A stretch of DNA of 64,000 nucleotides from Paraphysomonas bandaiensis (Eukaryota > Protista > Chrysophyceae), in the NCBI GenBank assembly GCA_965644295.1, contig CBFFRP010000335.1, positions 1 through 64,000 of the forward strand, written 5' to 3'. Of this stretch, positions 10,501 through 20,700 are shown one piece after another. Under the pieces are notes generated by a model, which saw nothing but the letters and a program-made list of their open reading frames with translations, was not told the DNA's origin and did no database searches. The position numbers and the translations under genes are program-made. The stretch's first letter is position 1, and every line of letters begins with the position of its first letter.

Positions 10501-13500
10501 TCTGTAGATGGTGCACGTAAGGTTTCTTTGCGGCAGAGAGTATGTCGATTGGTGAGCGAAGCCTTGGTTGAAGGGTCTGCGCAACGTCTCGCCTCTGTAT
10601 TGTCCCTGCTGGAATATACATGTGGTTCCCCAGATGCACGGCGCGACGTCACATCGACCAGTGCATACGGATCTACTCCACTGGACTATACCATATTGGA
10701 CAGTGAAAAGGCTATTTTTAGATCAGCCACATTACGCATCTTGGCTCATCTCTCTGCGGTAGGTGGATGGGGAATATGTCATCACATTGTCACGAAAAAC
10801 AATTATGCTTGCATTCACTCATTGGTAGAATTCGTGAAAATGCAAAATACGGTGTGTAAAAACCGTGAACGATATAGTATCTCTGAATTCAGCAAAGTTT
10901 CGGATTCGTTCTCACATGGTTTGGCTTTAATTGCTCTAAGTAACTTGGTGCGCTGCGAATGCATCTCATATGACCTTTTGGAAGAGTGTGTTTCGGTGGC
11001 GCTTAAGACCCTACAAGGTAGCGATGATATACGTGTGATTCCCACAGCGGCCAGTCTTTTGTGCAATGTATTGGGTACTGTGCGACGGATTACAACTATA
11101 CAATCGGTAAATAAGAACATCGAGGATGTGGAGACATTTCGATCAGTGTCTGATTCTCGGAGCGGCACCACTCTTTCGTCGATTGTATTGAATCCAGAGG
11201 AATGTATAAAATTAGTTGAGGCCATTTGTATCGGTGTTGCTACTGACATGCATATTTTGTCTTCCGTACACAGTTTGTTGTCTTTTTTTCTTTCCTCGCC
11301 GTTGTCGCTGGATATATCCAGCGCATCTGAAATTCACTCTCAGGCGGAGTCATCTGGAGTATTGAGTGGTCGTAGATCAGATCCGTCTCTCTGGTTACTG
11401 GGTAATGAGTTTGGGATGCGATCTGAGGGCCTCCTTGATGGGGCTTTGGGGTTTATCGCAGGAGTTTTTAGGGCTGGCCTTGATTTTGAAGATGATACTC
11501 TGCTTTCATTTGGTAGTTCTACCAATCTTGCACAAAGCAGTCATCGTATTCGACACGCTATAGCTAGACTGATGTCATCCTCTACCTTGAGGGATATATG
11601 TGTTGCCATATGCAAACTTGTGCAGAGAACGGTAAGGTGGTGTTCTCTCTCTCTCTGATACCTGACCTTGTTCTAGGGATCTGGAGAAGTCTCTCCCGTC
11701 GGCGTACACGCAATATGTAAATGTTTAGATATGTATTTAGCGTATGATTTACGCTCCCCTTCCCCTCGAGTTGGGAGTGAGTTGTTGGAGTTTTCTTATA
11801 AGCACGGGCTACTTGGGATCGTCTCTCTCGCTTGCCTCCCCCAGGTATTTTAGTGCTAATGAAATAGTGTTTTTTTAATATTTCTGACGAAACGTATGCA
11901 GCATTTGGCTCTAGTAGAGGCGTGGTATCATGTCACCCATCCATGCCGCGGATCGCCACCTCCTGGTGCAGATTGTGGAACAGAAAGTCCGGGACTTGTG
12001 TGTTCTACTCTCGAGAGTGTTGTTAATATATATCGGTACCTTAGCTTTTGATATCTATGTTTTTTCTGATTTTTGGTTGATCAGCTCACTCCTGACATCA
12101 GTCAATATCGTATCTTCGACTAGGCAGGGTTCTGATAGTGACGTTGCTGCTGACAGCAAACACGTACAGTCATTCTATGATACCACCTACAGGTATGCAG
12201 TACGTTGTATATCTTGCTTGCAGTAGATTACATTTAGAGTCATGTAGGGCTCATATTATTAGGTGTCTTGTGGGGGCTTTAAGGTAATTTCTTTCTAAAC
12301 CTTGGACTGGAATGTTTGATTTTAGTTTGCTGCGTAGATCCTTCGGGGCTGTTTTATCAGTAAAAGTATTTGAGGACATTGTGTTTGTTTTGTCTGAACT
12401 GGTATTGACTTCGTCAAAGTTTCTACAACAGGTGGTTAATCAACTTCATATGGAATTCATCAAATAATTGTAGTGTGATATATAAAAGCAATGTTGCACG
12501 ATTTTTTTCTATGCATGACTATCCATTGTGCAGTTCTATGATTCCAAAGGTCTGGTGGTATTAGATCGACAAGACTGTTTTAGTACAGGACGCACATCTG
12601 GCCAAAAGAGCGATGATAATCACGCCAGTGCTACAGTATCTGGTCTGCAAATAGCATCACAGTTGGCCAGAAATTCAGAGAATTATTTCCCCCAACTCCT
12701 GGCGACTTTTACACCCTCCGTAATTGTGAATTTGCTGCTCACGGTAATGAGATCACTGTGTGGTTACCGTCACGTCACTGGCATTGCTTGCAGGATTCTG
12801 CTATAGTTCGAGCAAAAACATGCAATCTTGTAGGAAATATTTGCAGGTACCAGTGGCACCGTCATGCGTTCGGTTAATTTTGTGACTTGTGCGACAGACA
12901 TTCTGAAAGATTCTACCCGTCAATGCGAGCTGACGCCAGGGTTACCCATGGCGAGAATTCTATCCTTGAAAACATTATGTACCTTTGCATTGACGATGAT
13001 CCTACAACTCGAAAGTTTGCGTGTTTTGCTGGTATGTTTTATTGTCTCAACATGTAGTTCTTACATGTGTCTGTAATTATTGCATCATTGACCTGCCTAT
13101 ATTTACAGTTGGAAATGCGGCATTTCATAGCGATGCCCTGTACACGTACCTTGGACGAGGAGTACCGTTTCTATGTTCAAGCCTGAAAGACTCCGACGAG
13201 AAGACGCGAGCCAATGCTGCTGGAGCCCTCGGTAACTTTGTGAGAAATGGTGGACAGCTCTGTGATACTTTGTGTCGGGAGGAATGTCCAAAAATGCTGT
13301 TGCAAATTGCTGTATTTGATGACTCCATTTCAGCTAAGGTATGTACTCAGTGTGCACGTATGGCTTTAACAATGCCTGCATAGAGAATTGCCCTTTTCTC
13401 GATTGGAACGATGGCAGCCTATGAAACTTGCAGGTAATTCCAAGACTTATTACATTCGTCCTTAATTCAGCCGAATAATTGCACCAGACGGGCGTTACGG

Positions 13501-13671
13501 GAATGCACTCCATCGATCAGCGATATTGTGCGGTGGTACCGTAAACCCAACGAGGCACCTCACACTCTTGATGGTACAAGAAAAGTGATAATATCCACTG
13601 ATGATATTGCTTTGAAATATATTGCCAGAATACGGCAAAAATTGAAGCAGCCTCCAGACACACCATCCTGA
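7514..13671 (+). CDS. STK36: Fused/TIO-like Ser/Thr kinase with coiled coil and C-terminal ARM/HEAT repeats; multi-exon
   Basis: [17 protein letters not shown]; HRDMKPQN after splicing 7790-7841 and 7939-7996; [26 protein letters not shown]; C-terminal [22 protein letters not shown]. Stop at 13669-13671. Internal 3' exon boundaries are approximate. Confidence 0.92.
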
Positions 13672-14810
13672 TAGCTTGGGCTCAATTCATCAGTTTTGAC
13701 GTTGGGCATTATGTATATAGGTCGAATAATCTTGTCCTACGTGCACATACCAATGCAACCTAGTATGTAGAATCTCTGTAACGTGCAATTTTATGTATTA
13801 GGTATCCAGCAATAATTTATGTTGTATATGGTATAGTTATTGTCATGATATATTGTACGAGTTGTATGTTAACCTGTAACAGCGAGAGGTTTACTATAAC
13901 CTGTTGGTAACATTGATTCATTTGCAATGGACTGTACCGAAGTACTGAAAGGATATAGTTGAGGGCATAAGAAAATTAGCTAAGTGTATTGGGAGTAATT
14001 CCTAGATATGATGTAGTATTGGTGTATTTATCATTGAATATGTAAGTGTTATACATAGAATGCCTCAATGACTACTATATTTATGTGTATTGATGATATA
14101 TATTACCATCTTTCTTTGTACTAGTTTTATAGATTATTGTCAATTTTGATGCCACTAGGGGAGATGAAGCCTCACATTGGTGACTTTATATTCCCTTTCC
14201 ATGTGCATAAGTGATAGTGGATAGCAAATAGCACTTATCACTGTTGGAAATTGCTGATTTTAAGCTAGATCACAGAGAGAATTTGTCGTAAGTCTAGATA
14301 GATTTATTAATATCGTTTGCACGAAGTTGTGATAACCAACACTAACTCATTTTAATCCACGCATAATATCCTACATGTGCGAACCTCTCGTTACTGAACA
14401 TATCTTGAAAGATCAAACTATATCAGTTTCTCAATATCATCACAGCATTTGTACATCACTATATTTCACTGTATTCTCGTACATTATCTTCAAGTGACAT
14501 ACTGAATTTACTAGAATAAGATCCATATTCTAATAATCACTTTTATACTTCTTGCAACACTTAACTGTAACTGACTACTCCCTAAAAAGCTGTCATAGAC
14601 TAATGTCTAATTATCCGTAACTACCTACTTTCTCATTCCTCATATCTACTCTTTCGAGAAACAGCATCCCAATCAAAAGGACCTAGTGTTCTGCTTACAA
14701 AAATAGCTTTATAGCTATGTAGAAACCCTTCGCATTCTATTTTCTAATATCTACTTCAATCTTCAATGTCACCCCACGGAATACATACGTATACTATGTG
14801 TACTATCATA

Positions 14811-15297
14811 TATTGAAAGTTTTATTTTTAGCAATAGGCGTTAAAAACCTGCACCAACTTAGTTGCTAGATGAATGCTAGACAAACTAGTTAGACCTTTT
14901 CCTGTAACTAATCAGCACACACACTTTTTATCCTACTATTTATCCTACGGAAGCTGGTTGTGCGTCGCCGCAAGCACCAAAGTGCGACCACTTCCGCTCT
15001 GAGTTCTTAAGGTGAACATCCCGGATGCTTGACTTCAGCAGGCATCGCCCAATACCCCGGTTACCCTTCAGGTGGGCCCATTCCCGGATGCCTGTTTATT
15101 CGTCAGGGCCCAAAGACGTCTACAAGTGACACTTATTGGTGTCCCTTCTTGTGTACCACGCAAGCATTCGGCTATGAGTGGGAAGAAGAATATCTGCTGA
15201 CTATGTTTGCGGCTCAAGTTGGTTTCTCAGAGAGAATCTCTCCTGTACATAACCCCCAGAACATCACGAAAAGGTGCGAGCCCGACTTTGTTGAGGG
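14811..15297 (-). mobile_element. Family X retroposon, full-length copy
   Basis: 14-bp TSD tgtgtactatcata (14797-14810) / tgtatactatcata (15298-15311). 5' end CCCTCAAC at 15297. Homologous to the other X loci. Confidence 0.85.
15210..15297 (-). ncRNA. HDV-like ribozyme fold at the 5' end of an X copy (probably decayed)
   Basis: CCCTCAAC-AAAGT-CGGGCTCGC-ACC-TTTTCGT-GAT-GTTCTGG-GG..CAGGAGAG/CTCTCTG (P4)..ACCAAC-TTGAGCCG, folded by eye. Confidence 0.55.
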
Positions 15298-15339
15298 TGT
15301 ATACTATCATAATATTTCAAGGGTTACCATAAACAACAT

Positions 15340-15432
15340 CCCTTGAACGATGTCGGACTTGCACCTTTTCGTGATGTTCTGGGTGATAAGTACCGGAGAT
15401 ATTTCTCCGGGAAACGAAACTAACGTGAGCCG
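15340..15432 (+). ncRNA. HDV-like ribozyme fold at the 5' end of an X copy
   Basis: P1 CTTGAAC/GTTCTGG (6/7); P2 CGG(A)CTTGC/GTGAGCCG; P3-L3 ACC-TTTTCGT-GAT; P4 CCGGAGA-TATT-TCTCCGG; J4/2 ACTAAC. Confidence 0.6.
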
Positions 15433-15938
15433 CATATATAATCAGCAGATATTGTTCTGCCCACTCATGACCAGGGACACAAATAAGTGTCGCTTATGTA
15501 GATGTCTTGGGGCCCTGATGCCTTGACAAATAAACAGGTATATTGGGCTGCCTACTGAAGTCAAGCATTCGGGTTTGTTCACCTTTAGGACAGAGAGAGC
15601 GAAAGTGGTTGCACCTTGGTGCTTGTGTAGACGTCTTCGAGTCTTAACGAATAAACAGGCATCCGGGGTATTGGACTGCCTGCTGCTGAAGTCAAGCATC
15701 GGTGCTGTTCACCTTAAGGACTTGAAAATCCTGAAGTCAGCAGATGTCAGGTTATCAACAATTTGCTTGGAGTGATAGAGCGAAAGTGGTTGCACCTTTG
15801 CAATTTGCAATGCAAAAGCAATTGCGGTGAGAAGTGAGGCATAAGCACCTTTCGTAGCGTTAAATAATGGAATATCAGAGTTAAGCACTGACTCTTAAAT
15901 GCTATTGCTATATTGCTAATAATAAGACATTCACTACT
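15340..15938 (+). mobile_element. Family X retroposon, full-length copy with an internal duplication
   Basis: 5' CCCTTGAAC..., 3' ...GCTAATAATAAGACATTCACTAC. Inverted relative to 14811-15297. No convincing TSD found. Confidence 0.8.
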
Positions 15939-15989
15939 ATACATTCTAGATAGAGTAGGCTTTCAACATGATGAGACTAAAGACTAAAT

Positions 15990-16040
15990 AACAATTTAAT
16001 CTAGGGTAAGAAGTATTGTCCTTTGTCCAAATTTTAAAGA
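15990..16040. repeat. Short interspersed repeat fragment shared with 41833-41905
   Basis: tctaggg..taagaagtattgtcc..tccaaa occurs at both sites. Confidence 0.5.
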
Positions 16041-16262
16041 TCAGGCTTTATAGCCTCCTTATAGCCGTGGTTAAATAGAACTAGAAAATGACTTAGATTA
16101 GCTAACTACGATTGGCTATAGCCGAATATACACAGCTCTAATACTTTTGTAGTACGCCTAAATAACCGAAAAAACAAACGTAGTTCAATACTCAACAGAC
16201 GTTTTCCTTCGCCCAGGAGTGGGATGCAAATATTAGTGCTGTCAAAACAGTTGTTCTAGTCA

Positions 16263-17039
16263 TCACGACGTACGGCGAAGCTTTTCAAAAAAGTAATCTG
16301 CCTGCCTTTCTGGTCCCAAGACATCACAGCACACTATCATTCCAGCCTCAGCCATCTTGAGAGGGATTATGGAACCGAATTTCTCCATCATTCCCTCCCG
16401 AACCTTATGGGAAATATTGCTATCGATGGTAGTAAGAGCGCCTTCAATTCCCATAGAGTTAAGACATTCTAACAGTGTTTCAAACTTCTCAGCAAATTCT
16501 GGCCCCTTACCATGTCTGATTAGGGTTAATTTATCAATTTCAAGTATTTCCATGCGAAGAACGACATATAATCGCTTTTGAAACGCTTTCGTCACAGTGG
16601 CTCTCATTCCCATTTCTGCAATAGCTTCGGGTATTTTCGTCATAAGATTCTCAGATAGCCTATTCATTTATCAACAAATTAATGGATGTACAGAGCCCTC
16701 ATACTTATTCACGAGGGCATCGTCGGATACCAAAGAGTTCGCAGCTGAAGCGGCAGCTTTGCCAAATATTCCAACGCTATGAGCATGTGTTACCCTTCCT
16801 AGCACAAAACCCAACGACATCAACCTACCCGGCCTTCTCTTTCACTTTGTTCTTAATGGCGTCGTCTTTATTAAGGAGTTCAATGTTAACGTAGAAGTGG
16901 TGCGGCTCCACCACATCCTGGCTCTCTGCGCATTCAGACTTGCCCACTGAAGATTGGGTATCACACATTTCCTTTCAGTAAAAGAGTTAATGAGATATAC
17001 ACACTAGAAGATCACAATATATATAACACTTCGCTCCAT
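16263..17039 (-). CDS. Hypothetical protein, multi-exon
   Basis: Coding-like exons (HHFYVNIELLNK.., GIFGKAAA.., RLSENLMTKIPEAIAEMGM..) separated by ~50-bp GT-AG introns. Start may be 17039 or ~16968. Confidence 0.7.
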
Positions 17040-17074
17040 CAGCAGGTACGTATGTAGGTAGGTTCTCTCGGTAC

Positions 17075-17415
17075 GTATGTATGTATGTATGTATGTATGT
17101 ATGTATGTATGTATGTATGTATGTATGTATGTATGTATGTATGTATGTATGTATGTATGTATGTATGTATGTATGTATGTATGTATGTATGTATGTATGT
17201 ATGTATGTATGTATGTATGTATGTATGTATGTATGTATGTATGTATGTATGTATGTATGTATGTATGTATGTATGTATGTATGTATGTATGTATGTATGT
17301 ATGTATGTATGTATGTATGTATGTATGTATGTATGTATGTATGTATGTATGTATGTATGTATGTATGTATGTATGTATGTATGTATGTATGTATGTATGT
17401 ATATGTATGTATGTA
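17075..17415. repeat. (ATGT)n tetranucleotide microsatellite, ~340 bp
   Basis: Direct observation; one AT interruption near 17401. Confidence 0.99.
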
Positions 17416-17743
17416 AAGATACGTAGGAATTCCTACTCTGTAGTCTTACGTACATGTATTGTACATATCTATATGTAAGTGGGTACGATGTGTACCTGAG
17501 GATGGGTAGTGTACGTCAATTTAGGGAATACTGCAGAAATATGTTCCATCGAACCGAAGTGGGAAGATATTTCATGCACACGGATGTGATGCATGTACGG
17601 TGTATGCTGGTAGAATATCCCCCAGCGGCAGAATATCATGTCCAGATGTGTTCTGATGAAGCACTGCAATCGCAATTGTTGAAGTAGTCATTATATTATA
17701 CCACAGTCATTATTTTCACATGCTTTAAGAGTCAAAGTTGATA

Positions 17744-20700
17744 ATGGCGAAACATTTATTGTCGAATGTATTGACCAGTGTACTGGGCGAGTTTGTGGAA
17801 GACTTTAAGCCCGAGAACTTAAAGCTTGGAGTATGGAATGGCAATATAGCCTTAAGGAGAGTGAGACTGAATCGCGAAGGAATTAATAAACTAAACCTTC
17901 CAGTTGAGTTTGCAAGTGGTTTCATAGATACGTTAGAAATACACATTCCATGGACCTCTCTGGAGAGTCGTCCGGTACAGATTCTCATCAATGGAGTCTA
18001 TTTAATGGTTAAACCGCTTGACTTAACGACCATCAGCTCCGAAAAGGCAATTGAGCAGGCTCGTACTGCAAAACGAGGTGTGTTGGAAAGAGCAGAAAGA
18101 AATATTGAATTAGTTGCTCAACTAACGGAATCTGCTGGCGAGCCCCAAAAAAAATCCTCCTATTTCAAGAGCCTAACCACTAAAATTATCGATAACTTGG
18201 AAGTGGAAGTGAAAAATGTACACATTCGTTATGAAGATAATTTTTCGATCCCTGGAACAGTGTGTGCCACCGGCCTCACATTAGAATCATTTGTTATCAC
18301 CACCACTGACAAGGACTGGCAGCCTAGCTTTGTTACAAGAAAGTCCTCTGAGGTGGTACACAAGTTGTCATCAATTAATAACACGGCTATCTATTGGAAC
18401 ACGTCATGTAATTCACTTGGTGAAATGGGGGCCGATGAATGGGTAGAGTCGATGAGGCGTTACGTTGAAGCTCCGAAGTCTGAACGACCGCGAATGGAGT
18501 ATATCGTTCCTCCTGGAAACCATTTGTCTATGCGAATTACCCACAACGATTCCCCAAAAGCTACACCAAAATTGTCTGTTGCCATTGATGGTGGGTTGTC
18601 GGTAAAACTAGATAAAATGCAGTATGTGCAAGCATTTAATGCTGTCACCAGCATGAAAAACACACAAGAATGGCTTTCTTTAACTGTCCACAGACCAACT
18701 GTGTCCGCATCGAGGAATGCTAGGGAGTGGTGGCGCTATGCTTTGATACTTGTGACCAAGAATCCTAATATCATGACTGATAATGTTGGTTTATGTAACT
18801 CAATTTTCCATGTGTTCCTATTTGCATTGTATGTCGTGTCAATATTCACATAACACGTTAATTGGTCCTAATTTATATTTTATAGATGGAAGTGGCCATG
18901 TTATGCTGTCGTGAAAGGAAGCGCTACATGAATCTTCTACGCGAATCTAAAGGCAGCGACTCCAAGAAACCTTCCTCCTCACGTGAATCAGAGATAGCGA
19001 ATATCGAGGCCTTGTTGCCAACTCATACGTTGGTTGTGTTTCGCCAGCTTGTTATGACGGAACATATTCTTCAAACTGTTAAGGCAAAGGAAAATCCCGT
19101 CACTGTACCAGCAAAGGTGAAAGGCTGGCTAGAAAGTTTCTTTGATGGCAAGAAGGGAGCCAAACACAAAGATGCATCTGCTAATCCAACTTCTGAGAAT
19201 GCTGTTCCAGAGCCGCAGGATATGACACTGTCACAGATACAGGATAATATCCAAAATGTAGTAAACACAGACAAAACTGTGTCTGCGTTTACAGCTGATT
19301 TGACATTGTGTAATGTTGTTAATGTGTCGATATCATCCCATGGCGAGACCATCGCATCGATGGGTTTAAATTTATCTTTTGCAGCGGCGAAAAGAGAAGA
19401 TTCCTTTGATGCTTCTATGATAATCAGCAAATTTCTCATGACTGACGAGCTGTCTCCTAATCCAGTAGTACCTAGCATTGTTGACGTTCAACCACCTCAG
19501 GAGGGCGACGGTGCTGAAGAAGCTCTCATTCCTGAATTATTAACTGTCGAAAAACCGTTTTGTGGGTTCAGTGTCAATAGCTCGGAGGGGAAAAGTGTGG
19601 TAAAGTTTTTAGCTCTTCCACTAGAACTCTGCTTCAATAAAATATGTATTCGGAGGCTTCTTGACGTGTTTAGCGCTCCCAAGAAGGTTGTTCCTATTCG
19701 TCCAAGCATACCAAATAAGAACTATCACGATTCTTCGAATGTTTCTCGAAGAGCACTAAAACATTCCCAGCATCTTCACAGTGGTAAATCTAATGTCAGC
19801 GACGAGATTGATAGGAGTAAAGAAATTCATCACGCATACTCACAAGGAGTGGAAATATATGTTGATATCAACGGTCCTAAAGTTCTGATCCCGGAGGATT
19901 TCGGACATGATATGGGACTTCTAGTTCTAGATACTGGCCGCTTGTCTGTACGGGGCAACGTCAGTCCAAAAGGTGTAATGAATTGGGAGATTAAGGTGCG
20001 TGACATTCACTCGTGGATGCCGCGCTCTGTCGATGCGAGATTTCAGTCTGCAGATTCGTTTTTGATTCAGCCATTTGAGTTGTCAGTTAATGCTCAGAAT
20101 GAAAATAAAACAGTGGCAAATATGACTGTGGACGCATCACTCGGCCCGACTGTGAAATCTGATATAACACCCATCGTCCTGGCCAGGCTTCTACACATAT
20201 CTGAAGAGTTGTCATTTGCTTTGAAACCTCCAGATCGGGCTGGAAAAGAAGATCTCGATGAAGTGGATAAAGTGAATTATTCGTCAAATCGAAACCGTTT
20301 GAACACCAGTGGAGCGAAAAAGGTTAACAGTGCTGTGGAACCTGGAGTCCGTATCATGCTTGTGTCACTGAAAATCGGAGAGATTTCCATCTGTATGCAT
20401 TCTGATTCAACTCATTCGTTGATATTCTCCGTATCCAATATGGCCTCCTGTGTGGGCGTTCGTTCATGCGATATGGAGGCTACTGTATCTCTTGAAGGTT
20501 TGGGACTTCAACGCTCCGTGCAGAATCAGCAAAGCCACATCATAAAATCTAACGATGACAAGGACTTCTTATCAGTAATTTACACTCAAGTTAATCACAT
20601 TGACTCGCCGTTGGAGTATGAACTCTCTAAAACTATTAACGTAAATTTTGGACGTCTGGGTATTTTTGTCGACAGCCACTCGTTACTGCATATGAGGCCG

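Noticed and set aside
13860-14760. AT-rich stretch with PPT-like runs (14157 and ~14578), possible LTR relics
   Set aside because: Could not define termini, a TSD or a second copy.
15085-15110. Hammerhead core CTGACGA on the minus strand of X
   Set aside because: Not conserved (TTGACGA, TTAACGA, TTGACAA in other copies) and no GAAA or stem context.
15029-15346. Short ORFs within X copies (also 28917-29123, 15442-15775)
   Set aside because: Frames are not conserved between copies, which differ by many indels.
14811-15938. Single foldback/Polinton/Academ element with long TIRs (AGTAGT-like end)
   Set aside because: The left arm has its own 14-bp TSD, other single arms are TSD-bounded, and no TSD flanks the pair.
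17039-17478. ORFs with HTYI/MYVC repeats (also 50494-51864)
   Set aside because: They are translations of a stop-free tetranucleotide microsatellite.
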